DNA of 64,000 nucleotides from Stegostoma tigrinum (taxonomy: Eukaryota): NCBI RefSeq assembly GCF_030684315.1, contig NC_081400.1:3341795-3405794 (forward strand), read 5' to 3'. The position numbers and the translations under genes are program-made. The notes beneath the pieces are model-generated. The model did no database searches. It saw only the letters and a list, made by a program, of their open reading frames with translations, and was not told the DNA's origin. Shown piece by piece: positions 36,344 through 49,200 of this stretch (the stretch's first letter is position 1; the number at the start of each line of letters is the position of its first letter).

Positions 36344-39300
36344 AGAACATTACAGGCCCTTCGGCCCTCGATGTTGTGCTGACCTGTCATACCGATCTCA
36401 AGCCCATCTAACCTACACTATTCCATGTACGTCCATATGCTCGTCCAATGATAACTGAAATGTACCTAAAGTTGGCGAATCTACTACCATTGCAGGCAAA
36501 GCGTTCCATTCTCTTACTACTCTGGCACTGAGCCTGATACTGTGGCAAAGAAGGGAAGGGGGCAGAATAGAAAAGTACTCGTGGTAGGGGACTCGATAGT
36601 TAGGGGAATCGACAGGAGATTTTGTGGGCAAGATCGGGATTCCCGGAAGGTATGTTGCCTCCCTGGTGCCAGGGTCCGGGACGTCTCCGATCGGGTGTAT
36701 AAAGTTCTAAAAGGGGAGGGCGAACAACCAGAAATCGTGTTACATATTGGCACAAATGATATAGCCAGAAATAGGTTTCAGGATATAAAAAGTGATTTCA
36801 GGGAGTTAGGATGGAAGCTGCAGAGCAGGACGAACAGAGTAGTGTTCTCTGGTTTACTACCGGTGCCACGAGATAGCGAGGCGAGGAACAGGGAGCGGGC
36901 GCAGCTTAACACGTGGCTACGCAGCTGGTGTAGGAGGGAGGGCTTCAGATATGTTGATAATTGGGATGCCTTCTGGGGAAGGTGGGACCTGTACAAGAAG
37001 GACGGGTTGCATCTGAACTGGAAGGGGACCAATGTCCTGGGTGGAAGGTTTGCTCGAGTAGTTCGAGAGGGTTTAAACTAGTATGGCAGGGGGGTGGGAA
37101 CCTGAGCTGTATACCAGAGGTGAGCGTTGATGCAGGTGAGGCAGTAGCAAGAGGTTGACCAGCTAGTGGGAAGGATTTTCCTGGGAAGGAACCAAGGGAT
37201 CGGTTAAACTGTGTTTGCTTTAATGCAAGGAGTATCAGGAATAAAAGTGATGAACTTCGAGCATGGATCAGTACCTGGTGCTATGATGTTGTGGCCATAA
37301 CAGAGACATGGGTTTCTCATGGGCAGGAATGGTTGCTGGATGTTCCAGGGTTTAGAACATTTAAAAAGAATAGGGAGGGGGGAATAAGAGGAGGGGGTGT
37401 AGCACTACTAATCAGAGAGGGTATCACAGCTACAGAAGCTTCCTTTGTCGAGGAAGATCTGCCGACTGAGTCAGTATGGGTGGAAATTAGGAACAGCAAG
37501 GGAGTAGTCACCTCGTTAGGGGTTTACTACAGGCCCCCCAATAGCAGCAGGGAGATTGAAGAAAGCATAGGTCGACAGATTTTGGAAAAGTGTGCACGCA
37601 GTAGGGTTGTTGTAATGGGTGACTTTAACTTTCCTAATATTGATTGGAACCTCCTTCGAGCAGAAGATTTGAATGGAGCTGTTTTTGTAAGGTGTGTTCA
37701 GGAGGGTTTCCTAACGCAGTACGTTGACAGGCCGACGAGGGGAGAGGCCATTCTAGACTTGGTGCTCGGAAACGAGCCGGGGCAGGTATCAGATCTTGTG
37801 GTGGGAGAGCATTTTGGTGATAGTGACCATAACTGCCTCACATTCTACATAGCTATGGAGAAGGAGAGGATTAGGCAGAATGGGAGGATATTTAATTGGG
37901 GAAGAGGAAACTATGATGCGATTAGACATGAGTTAGGAAGCATGGACTGGGAGCAGTTGTTCCATGGGAAGGGAACTATAGACATGTGGAGACGGTTTAA
38001 GGAACAGTTGTTGGGAGTGATGAGTAAATATGTCCCTCTGAGACAGGCAAGAAGGGGTAAGATTAAGGAACCTTGGATGACGAGAGCGGTGGAGCTTCTA
38101 GTGAAAAGGAAGAAGGTAGCTTACATAGGTGGAGGAAGCTAGGGTCAAGTTCAGCTAGAGAGGATTACATGCAGGCAAGGAAGGAGCTCAAAAATGGTCT
38201 GAGGAGAGCCAGGAGGGGGCACGAGAAAGGCTTGGCAGAAGGAATCCGGGAAAACACAAAGGCATTTTACACTTACGTGAGGAATAAGAGAATGGTCAAA
38301 GAAAGAGTAGGGCCGATCAGGGATAGCATAGGGAACTTGTGTGTGGAGCCTGAGGAGGTAGGGGAAGCCCTAAATGAGATTTTTGCTTCTGTCTTTACGA
38401 AAGAAACCAACTTTGGAGTGAATGAAACCTTTGAAGAGCAGGTGTGCATGCTGGAATGGATAGAGATAGACGAAACTGATGTGCTGAAAATTTTGTCAAA
38501 CATTAAGATTGACAAGTCGCCAGGCCCGGATCAGATTTGTCCTCGGCTGCTTTGGGAAGCGAGAAATGCAATTGCTTCGCCACTTGCGAAGATCTTTGCA
38601 TCCTCGCTCTCCACTGGAGTCGTACCTGAGGACTGGAGACAGGCAAATGTAATTCCTCTCTTCAAGAAAGGAAATAGGGAAATTCCCGGCAATTATAGAC
38701 CAGTAAGTCTCACGTCTGTCGTCTGCAAGGTGTTAGAAAGGATTCTGAGGGATAAGATTTATGACCATCTGGAAGAGCATGGCTTGATCAAATACAGTCA
38801 ACACGGCTTTGTGAGGGGTAGGTCATGCCTTACAAACCTTATCGAGTTTTTTGAGGATGTGACTAGAAAGGTTGATGAGGGTCGAGCTGTGGATGTGGTG
38901 TATATGGACTTCAGTAAGGCATTTGATAAGGTTCCCCATGGTAGGCTCATTCAGAAGGTCAGGAGGAATGGGATACAGGGGAACTTAGCTGCTTGGATAC
39001 AGAATTGGCTGGCCAACAGAAGACAGCGAGTGGTAGTAGAAGGAAAATATTCTGCCTGGAAGTCAGTGGTGAGTGGAGTTCCACAGGGCTCTGTCCTTGG
39101 GCCTCTACTGTTTGTAATTTTTATTAATGACTTGGACGAGGGGATTGAAGGATGGGTCAGCAAGTTTGCAGACGACACAAAGGTCGGAGGTGTCGTTGAC
39201 AGTATAGAGGGCTGTTGTAGGCTGCAGTTGGACATTGACAGGATGCAGAGATGGGCTGAGAGGTGGCAAATGGAGTTCAACCTGGATAAATGCGAGGTGA

Positions 39301-42300
39301 TGCATTTTGGAAGGTCGAATTTGAAAGCTTAGTACAGGATTAAGGATAGGATTCTTGGCAGCGTGGAGGAACAGAGGGATCTTGGTGTGCAGATACATAG
39401 ATCCCTTAAAATGGCCACCCAAGTGGACAGGGTTGTTAAGAAAGCATATGGTGTTTTGGCTTTCATTAACAGGGGGATTGAGTTTAAGAGTCGTGAGATC
39501 TTGTTGCAGCTCTATAAAACTTTGGTTAGACCGCACTTGGAATACTGCGTCCAGTTCTGGGCGCCCTATTATAGGAAAGATGTGGATGCTTTGGAGAGGG
39601 TTCAGAGGAGGTTTACCAGGATGCTGCCTGGACTGGAGGGCTTATCTTATGAAGAGAGGTTGACTGAGCTCGGTCTCTTTTCATTGGAGAAAAGGAGGAG
39701 GAGAGGGGACCTCATTGAGGTATACAAGATAATGAGAGGCATAGATAGAGTTGATAGCCAGAGACTATTTCCCAGGGCAGAAATGGCTAGCACGAGGGGT
39801 CATAGTTTTAAGCTGGTTGGTGGAAAGTATCGAGGGGATGTCAGAGGCAGGTTCTTTACGCAGAGAGTTGTGAGAGCATGGAATGCGTTGCCAGCAGCAG
39901 TTATGGAAGCAAGGTCATTGGGGTCATTTAAGAGACTGCTGGACATGTATATGGTCACAGAAATTTGAGGGTGCATACATGAGGATCAATGGTCGGCACA
40001 ACATTGTGGGCTGAAGGGCCTGTTCTGTGCTGTACTGTTCTATGTTCTATGTTCTATGTTCTACTCTCTGAGTAAAGAAACTGCCTCTGACATCTGTCCT
40101 ATATCTTTCACCCCACAATTTAAAGCTATGCCCCCTCGTGCTCGCTGTCACCATCCTAGGAAAAAGGCTCTCCCTATCCACCCTATCTGACCCTCTGATT
40201 ATTTTATATGTTTCAATTAAGTCACATCTCAAACTTCTTCTCTCCAATGAAAACAGCCTCAAGTCCCTCAGCCTTTCCTCGTAAGACCTTCCCTCCATAC
40301 CAGGCAACATCCTAGTAAATCTCCTCTGCACCCTTTCCAAAGCTTCCACATCCTTCTTATAATGCGGTGACCAGAACTGTACACAATACTCCAAGTGCGG
40401 CTGCACCAGAGTTTTGTACAGCTGCAGCATAACCTCTTGGTTCCGGAACTCGATCCCTCTATTAAGAAAAGCTAAAACACTGTATGCCTTCTTAACAGCC
40501 CTGTCAACCTGGGTGGCAACTTTCAAGGATCTCTGTGCATGGACACCGCGATCTCTCTGCTCATCTACACTACTAAGAATCTTACCATTAGCCCAGTACT
40601 TTGCCTTCCAGTTACTCCTACCAAAGTGCATCACCTCACACTTGTCTGCATTAAACTCCATTTGCCACCTCTCAGCCCAGCTCTGCAGCTTATCTATGTC
40701 TCTCTGCAACCTACAACATCCTTCATCACTACCCACAACTCCACCGACCTTAGTGTCGTCTGCAAATTTACTAACCCATCCTTCTACGCCCTCATCCAGG
40801 TCATTTATAAAAATGACAAACAGCAGTGGACCCAACACCGACCCTTGCGGTACACCACTAGTAACTGGTCTCCAGGATGAACATTTCCCATCAACTACCA
40901 CCCTCTGTCTTCTTTCAACAAGCCAATTTCCGATCCAAACTGCTATATCTCCCACAATCCCATTCCTCTGCATTTTGTACAATAGCCTATTGTGGGGAAC
41001 CTTATCGAACGCCTTGCTGAAATCCATATACACCACATCAACCGGTTTACTCTCATCTACCTGTTTGGTCACCTTCTCAAAGAACTCAATCAGGTTTGTG
41101 AGGCACGACCTACCCTTCACAAAACCATGCTGACTATCCCTAATCAATTTATTCTTTTCTAGATGATTATAAATCCTATCTCTGATAACCTTTTCCAACA
41201 CTTTACCAACTACTGAGGTAAAGCTCACTGGTCTATAATTACCAGGGTTGTCTCTACTCCCCTTCTTGAACAGGGGAACCACATTTGCTATCCTCCAGTC
41301 GTCTGGCACTATTCCTGTAGACAATGACGAGTTAAAGATCAATGCCAAAGGCTCGGCAATCTCCTCCCTGGCTTCCCAGAGGCCCCGAGGATAAATCCCA
41401 TCCAGCCCAGGGGACTTATCTATCTTCACACTCTGTAGGATTCTAATACCTCTTCCTTGTGAACCACAATCCCACCTCGTCTAGTAGCCTGTATCTCAGT
41501 ATTCTCCTCGACAACATTGTCACGTTCTAGAGTGGATACTGTCCAAAAATATTCATTTAGTGCTTCCCCTATCTCCTCTGGCTCCACACACAACTTCCCA
41601 CTACTATCCTTGATTGGCCCTAATCTTACTTTCGTCATTCTTTTATTCCTTAAATACCTATACAAAGCCTTAGGTTTTACCCTGATCCTATCCACCAACA
41701 ACTTCTCATGTCTCCTCCTGGCTCTTCTGAGCTCTCTCTTTAGGTCTTTCCTGGCTACTTCATAGCACTCAAGCTCCCTAACTGAGCCTTCACATCTCAT
41801 CCTAACATAAGCCTTCTTCTTCCTCTTGACCAGAGATTCCACTTCCTTTGTAAACCATGGCTCCCGCGCTCTACAGCTTCCTCCTTGCCTGACAGGTACA
41901 TACTTATCTAGGACACACAGGAGCTTTTCCTTGAATAGGCTCCACATTTCTAATGTGCCCATCCCCTGCAGTTTCCTTCCCCATCCTATGCTCCCTAAAT
42001 CTTGCCTAATCTCATCATAATTACCTTTCCCCCAGCTATAACTCTTGCTCAGTGGTATACACCTATCCCTTTCCATCACGAACGTAAACATAACAGAATT
42101 GTGATTGCTATCACCAAAGTGCTCACCTACTTCCAAATCTAACACCTGCCCAGGCTCATAACCCAGTTCCAAATCTGATGTGGCTTTGCCCCTTGTTGGC
42201 CTGTCTACATACTGTGTCAGAAAGCCCTCCTGCACACACTGGACAAAAACTGACCCATCTATAGTACTCGAACTCTCGTGTTCCCAGTCAATATTTGGAA

Positions 42301-43935
42301 AGTTGAAGTCCCCCATGACAACTACCCTGTCTCTCTCACTCCTATCGAGAATCATCTTTGCTATCCTCTCCTCTACATCTCTGGAACTATTCGGAGGCCT
42401 ATAGAAAACTCCGAACAGGGTCACCTCTACTTTCCTGTTTCTAACCTCAGCTGCCATACTACCTCAGTTGACGAGTCCCCAAACATCCTTTCTGCAACTG
42501 GAATACTGTCCTTGACCAACAATGCCACACCTCCCCCTTTTTTACCATCTTCCCTGTTCTTACTGAAACATCTCAATCCTGGAACCTGCAACAACCATTC
42601 CTGTCCCTGCTCTGTCCACGTCTCCGAAATGGCCACAACATCGAAGTCCCAGGTACTAACCCATGCTGCAAGTTCACCCACCTTATTCCAGATGCTCATG
42701 GCGTTGAAGTGGACACACTTCAAACCAACTTCTTGCTTGCCGGTGCCATCTTGCTTCCCTGAAACTTTATTTCGGACCTGCCTACGCTCAACCTTTTCTA
42801 TACTTGAACTACAATTTTGGTTCCCATCACCCTGCTGAATTAGTTTAAACCCTCCCGAATAGGCTCAGCAAATTTCTCCCCCAGGATATCGGTACCCCTC
42901 TGGTTCAGGTGAAGACCATCCTGCTTGTAGAAGTCCCACCTACCCCAGAAAGAGCCCCATTTATCCAAGAATCCAAAACCCGCCCCCCTGCACCATCCCT
43001 GTAGCCACATGTTCAACTCTCTCTCTCTCCCTAATCCTCACCTCACTAGCACGTGACACGGGCAACAAACCAGAGACAACAACTCTGTTCGTCCTCGCTC
43101 TCAGCTTCCATCCTAGCTCCCTGAATTTCTGCCTTAAATCCCCATCTCTCTTCCTACCTATGTCGTTGGTGCTAATGTGGATCACGACTTGGGGCTACTC
43201 CCCCTCCCCCTTAAGGATTCCAAAAACACGATCAGAGACATCACGCACCCTGGCGCCTGGGAGGCAACACACCAACCGTGAGTCTCTCTTGTCCCCACAG
43301 AACCTCCTATCTGTCCCCCTAACTATGGAGTCCCCAATGACTACTGCTCTGCTCCTCTTCCCCCTTCCCTTCTGAGAAGCAGGGACAGACTCTGTGCCAG
43401 AGACCTGTGCCCCACTGCTTTCCTCTGGTAAGTCATCCCCCCCCAACAGTATCCAAAACGGTATACTTATTGTTGAGGGGAATGGCCGCAGGGGATCCCT
43501 GCACTGCCTGCCGGGTCCCTTTCCGCCCCCTGACCGTAACCCATCTGCCTTTTTCTTGTACCTGAGGAGCGACTACCTCCCTGTAACTCCTTTCAATAAC
43601 ACCCTCTGCCTCCCGAATGATCCGAAGTTCATCCAGCTCCAGCTCCAGTTCCCTAAAGCGGTTTTCAAGGAGCTGGAGTTGGGTGCACTTCCCGCAGATG
43701 TAGTCAGCCGGGACACTAGTGGTGACCCTTACATCCCACATTCTGCAGGAGGAACATTCAACTGCCCTGACCTCCATTCCCATTATTCTAAATTCCCAAA
43801 GAGACTGTTAAAAAATAAAGAATAAAAAATAAACTTGTTACCTTACCAATCAGGTGCGCAGAACATTTTTTTTTGGTTAGAGGAGGAGGATGGGTGGGAG
43901 ACACTACCCGAGTAGTGTTTCGGGTAACGCAACCT
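36344..43935 (-). mobile_element. Near full-length defective CR1 LINE (outer), split by an inner CR1
   Basis: ORF1 from 43783 (CxxC..CxxC zinc finger, leucine zipper, GDS esterase); ORF2 APE (MGDFN) and RT (FADD); frameshifts; C-terminus FFTQRV|VREWNA rejoined across the insert; possible imperfect TSD CACA(C/A)ATAT. Confidence 0.92.
36524..40060 (+). mobile_element. 5'-truncated CR1 LINE (inner), inserted antiparallel into the outer CR1
   Basis: SGNH esterase ORF1 36542-37081; APE 37291-; RT 38073-39968 with frameshift near 38100 and in-frame TAG at 39330; (TATGTTC)n tail; 7-bp TSD CTACTCT at 36517-36523 and 40061-40067. Confidence 0.95.
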
Positions 43936-44466
43936 CACAAATATTCATGCACAAACACACAGATCAGAGATTGCATCAATAATTCTTTCTCACACACACA
44001 TCAGATTGTGAATCTCAACATTTCATTCACACACTGGACACACTGTTCTATTTATAAATAATTCTCTCTCGCACGCAGGTCAGGCAGTTGGATTAATTAC
44101 TCCCACACTCTCTGTCTCGCGCTCTCACACACTTGCACACACGGACACCACACATGAACACACAAACCCATGCAAATGTCAGAGAGCTGTATAAATACTT
44201 CACTCACTCACTGTCACAGACACTGACAGGTCAGAGTGTTACAGAAATTAATAATTCTCACATGCATAGGTTTGGCAGATAATCACACACAAGCATATAT
44301 GTAAATACTGTTCTGTCTTACATGCAGGTCAGATAGTTACATTGACACATTTCACACTTACTGAGTCTTCTATCTATTAGTAATTCTCCATCACGCACAC
44401 AGGTGAGAATGTTTCTCTTCATACGTACCATCATCTCTCTACCTCTCTCTCTTTCCCCACACACAG

Positions 44467-44789
44467 GTAGTGATGATCGGAAACCATCCGTACTTCTGCT
44501 CCCACCTTCCCCAGAACAAATAGACACGGGATCAGCCACTCTGTCCTGTCTGGTGAGCCGCTTTAAGCCTGGCCTCGTGCAGGTCCTCTGGAGCGTGGAT
44601 GGGAAAGAGACAGACAGTGGGGTGACCACAAGTGCCGTGTCCCCAGAAAGTGATCAAAGCTACAGCCTGAGCAGTTACCTGACAGTCACGGCCACTGACT
44701 GGAAGAAAGGTTCCAGATATTCCTGTAGTGTGAAGCACGGATCACTGACCTCGCCTCTCCTCAACACCATCAGCTCCAGCGACTGTTAG
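44467..44789 (+). CDS. Ig light chain constant exon (type I/sigma-cart-like)
   Basis: cacacacag|gt; (S)SDDRKPSVLLLPPS..ATLSCLVSRFKPG..W..YSLSSYL..W..YSCSVKH..SSDC-TAG; in frame with J. Confidence 0.96.
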
Positions 44790-45015
44790 CTCTGAGGCAT
44801 AAAATGCAACTGACAGTCACTGTGTGTGATGCGGCATTTTGTTGTTTGCTTCTGTTTCGCAATGTAACTTTTGCAGTAATGTAAGCATTTGGTGTACAAC
44901 CCGATCATTGAGGGACATGAGGAGGGAGTGAAATGGTTGTTCCTATTGGGGAGCAGTGATTTCCTGCTGCAATCGAATTCATAGGTAGAACGGAGAGCAA
45001 TCTCCCCTTCTGAAT

Positions 45016-45021
45016 AATAAA
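45016..45021 (+). terminator. IgL polyadenylation signal
   Basis: AATAAA 227 nt after the stop, GT-rich downstream. Confidence 0.7.
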
Positions 45022-46576
45022 CAAATGTATTTGTGAACTTTGTGTAAACACAGCTCTGATTAAATACGAAATGTTACGAAGAAATGACTGTTCATTACTG
45101 TTGAACACCGAAAACAACACGTTTGGTCTTCACAATGAATAGTTTACACCCGTGACAATGAATTGCATGAAATGATAGTATGGGAATGTATATCATTAAA
45201 GTTCACCTGAATCCCGATTCTACCCCACTCCCAGTGGTCCAAGTCTCCAACTCTCCCCCACTCCCCTTGGGGCTTGTGACCACACCCTCTCCCACCTCTC
45301 CTGTCTGAAGGGTTCTCATGATCTCTATACCTGAGGTAGCTTCTCCTGCTTTCCTGTCTGAATTTATTCGATCTGGTTTTGTTTGCTAAAGAAACGGAAT
45401 GTTCCATTCCATCCAATTCTCAGAGTTTTCAAGACTACAAGCACGTAATGCCCCTCAGCTCCCTTTTCCGGAGAGAATTGTAACAGGTTGGTCAGTGTCT
45501 TTTGCTGAATCCAACCTCCCAGTTCTGTCATTGGTCTTGTCGAAGATAACACCGTTTTGATTGCCTCTGAAATTTTGAAAGAATTGGGTGCCCTGGAATT
45601 TAATTCTTAGTGCAGCCTAATTAAAAAGAGTGGTAGCGGGTTTATTGTGTAAAATACACTCTGTCAGGGGCAGCAGATTGAGTGGCGTAACCAGGTAATC
45701 TGCAGAGAGGTTTCTATCCCAGCCTTGTTTCACATTTCAGCACTTTATGTGTTCATATACAAACACACACAAGCAGGGGACATTTATTCCACCATGCGTA
45801 CAAACTGCTTCATACCAACAACACGTGCCAGAGTGAGACTTTTGCCTCTCCACTCCCCACGTCCACCGTGGCTCTATACTAACTCTGCGTCTGAGTGACA
45901 GACAAAAAGCTTTCGTTGGGGGTAGAGAGCCTTTGCCGTGTCCTACCTCAGTCAGACTGACCTATACCTACTTCCCCAGGGAGACTGGTTTAGGATATAG
46001 GCCAAGGCCATCAGTGGACACTATTCCCATTGGAGAGAGTGTTGATAACTGGACTAGTGTTGGTAGTGGGAGTAAATATTAAAGGGTATGCTTTTTTATC
46101 CAAGAGAGTCATTGTGATGCTGTGGAAGCAGATGGAGTGGGAACTTGCAGCACCTGGATTGAGCAGATGGTGGGGTTTTGGGGGAGGTTCACGGTGAGGG
46201 TGTGAGGGCTCCGCCAGGCTAGATCTAGGCTTGAGTCACAATTATATTTATTAGCAGAATGTGGATGTGTCAGCTCTGTGTGTTTTCATGTTCATATCTC
46301 TGGATTCCTTCATGCACCGTCAGTGTTCGCGTGGATTTGGGGGCAATTGTTAGTACTCACCCTTATTCCTACCCACCTCGTTCCACACCCGGGATGTCTG
46401 TCAAATGCCAAGAATTAACTGTTGATTGTTTGCAGACTTGGGGCTGAGAAATCCTCGCTTGCAATGCAGTCTCTTGTGAAGATATTTTTAAGAGGTTGTT
46501 TCAATCAAAAGCATCAAACTTTCTTCTAATTACTGGGATTACACTCACATCCTACATCTACTTATTCTCTCTCTCT

Positions 46577-46577
<1 letters not shown>

Positions 46578-46640
<63 letters not shown>
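46578..46640. repeat. (CA)n microsatellite
   Basis: Direct observation. Confidence 0.95.
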
Positions 46641-46646
<6 letters not shown>

Positions 46647-48245
46647 TTTAACCACATAATTCCCTCTCTCACGAAAACACACATTTACTCTTGAAAGCAA
46701 CCACACTCACAGAAGCACTTATACATGCGCAAAAAACCAAAGGCACAGATTCACACACACTCACAAGTTCTCTCCCTCTTCCATGCGCTCTGTTGTATTT
46801 CCCGGTCGAATGCACATACACCCTCTCTCCCTCTCTCTCTCACACACACATTTTCTTTCACGCACACTCACTCACAGATACACACAAACTTTTATCAACT
46901 AAACACGTTCTGTCAACATCCCCATTCTCTCACACACACTCTCTTGAAATCTCTGTCACGCACTAGCTCTCTCACATGCTCACACTTTCTCTGAAGAAAG
47001 GGACCCGGAAACACACACACTCACACTTGAACGCACGCACATGTAGAATTTCAGTTCATAATTATTCACGAATTTGCCTATCTTATACATAAACATAATA
47101 ATTCCGAGAAGGAATGACGAGAAAGTTTACGCCACCGATAAGAACCAAGACATGACTCACGAGGAGAGACTGACCAGTTCTTGTCTGCACTCATCAGTGT
47201 TTCGGCAAGTGAGAGGATAACCAGTTGAGGTGGATAAGATGCAAAAGAGGATTGATAAAATGAACGCAAAGAGGATGTTTCCTCATGTTAGGCCAACTGG
47301 AATTGTGGAACTCGCCGACGTGGATCCTGATCACGTTCAGGTCGGTCTGGGGACGGCGTCAGAGCAATTTCACCTGTTGCTGCTGTCACCGACAGAGCTT
47401 TCTGTATATGCCCAACACTGAAAGCACACGGATAAGATGGATTGCCAGGTCTGGTGGGGGTAAGATGGGGAGGGTGCGGTGGGCAGAGAGCAGGGAATCC
47501 ATTCACAATGTTTGTTATATTCACTTTCGTGGAAATTACCTGACTTGAGTTTGAAACAAATGAGGCGCACTGGGAATAATTAGCACCGTGCAGAGACGAT
47601 GCAGAGACTTTTCTGTTCATGGATTCAGAACAGAGGTTTGACATTTGCTGGAGCTGAGCAGCATTCTCATCCGTACCGCCCGGTGGCCCTGTGAGTGATA
47701 TATATAGTCATCCCAATCGCTAGGCGGCACTGTGACTGAAATATTTTCCCATCCCTGCCGCTGTTGTTGATGTGTCTGTCGTCAACGCATTCTCATTGCT
47801 GCCGTTAGGTGGCGATGCGTTATTGGAGTTCTTTCTTTGTTGAAACAGATTTTGTTGACCTGACTTATTACTGTCACATTTACCTCGACCCTGGAAAATG
47901 TTTTGTTTTTCAGGTATCTCAGGCAGAGCATACCGTACAAAGTTGATGACAGCAATAGAACGGAACGAATACTACAATGCAATGATTATAGAGAAAAGGC
48001 ATAAAGAGGGAGAAATTTAACAACAAGATGAGAAGCTGGATGAACACAGCGGGCCAAGCAACATCTTAGGAGCAGGAAAGCTGGCGTTTTGGGCCCCGAC
48101 CCTTCATCAGAAATGCCTTGTTCATTTAGCTCCACACCTTGTTATCTCGGATTGTCGAGCATCTGCAGCTGCGATTATCACTGATGCAAATTTCATAACT
48201 TGAGAGCTCCATGCAGAAGTCCAAACAGAGCAGGGTAGAAGCATT

Positions 48246-48503
48246 GGTGAGTGATAATGGGAACTGTAGATGCTGGAGAATCCAATATAATGAAATGTGA
48301 GGCTGGATGAACACAGCAGGCCCAGCAGCATCTCAAGAGCACAAAAGCTGACGTTTTGGGCCTAGACCCTTCATCAGAGAGGGGGATGGGGTGAGGGTTC
48401 TGGAATAAATAGGGAGAGAAGGGGAGGCAGACCAAAGATGGAGAGAAAAGAAGATAGGTGGAGAGGAGAGTATAGGTGGGGAGGTAGGGAGGGGATAGGT
48501 CAG
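48246..48503 (-). mobile_element. PLE 3' fragment inserted into an older palindromic PLE derivative
   Basis: Matches the reverse complement of 9410-9661; flanked by a 132-bp perfect direct repeat at 48114-48245 and 48572-48703. Confidence 0.85.
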
Positions 48504-48759
48504 TCAGAAATGCTGTTGAAGGGTCTAGGCCTGAAATGCCAGCTTTCCTGCTCCTAAGATGCTGCTTGGCCTGCCTTGTTCATTTAGCTCCACACCTTGT
48601 TATCTCGGATTGTCGAGCATCTGCAGCTGCGATTATCACTGATGCAAATTTCATAACTTGAGAGCTCCATGCAGAAGTCCAAACAGAGCAGGGTAGAAGC
48701 ATTTCCTGAATCTGTTCCTGTTGCTGTGTGTGCTTCAGGTTTTGTATCATTTTCCTAAT

Positions 48760-49200
48760 GTGAGGGCCTGGAAGACATTATAATTTGTTTGTGTGGTGAT
48801 ATTTGATTATGTTGGCTGCCTTCCCGCGGCAGTGAGAAATATATCTGGAGCAAATGAATGTAAGGTTGACAGGAATGATGTACTGGGTTGTGTTCACAAC
48901 CGTCTGCAGTTTGCTACGGTCCTGGCAGAGCAGTTGCAATAGCAAACCATGATCTATCCCAACAGAATGCATTCCATGGTCCATCTATAAAAGTTGGTGA
49001 ACGCCTTTATGGATTTGCAGAATTTCCTGATCTCCCTGAGGAAGTAGAGGCGTTGGTGTGCTTTCTTGACATTAGTATCAACGTGGGTGGACCAAGGCCG
49101 ATTGTCATTGGTCATCATGATTAGGAATTCAACACTCTTGATCATCTCCACCTTTGTAGATTTGCTGTAGAAAGATACAGAGAAAAGCATTTTGTCTGAA
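48760..49200 (-). mobile_element. Rex1/Babar-like LINE 3' remnant (second copy ~52530-52900)
   Basis: WSTHVD..VKKAHQRLYFLR..RKF peptide. Confidence 0.7.

Noticed and set aside
44784-44795. TGT TAG CTC TGA as an inactivating premature stop
   Set aside because: The interchain Cys is retained; at most two residues are lost
48184-48649. Two ATGCAAAT octamers
   Set aside because: Both lie in the 132-bp insertion-associated duplication at a repeat junction and are absent in block B; likely incidental
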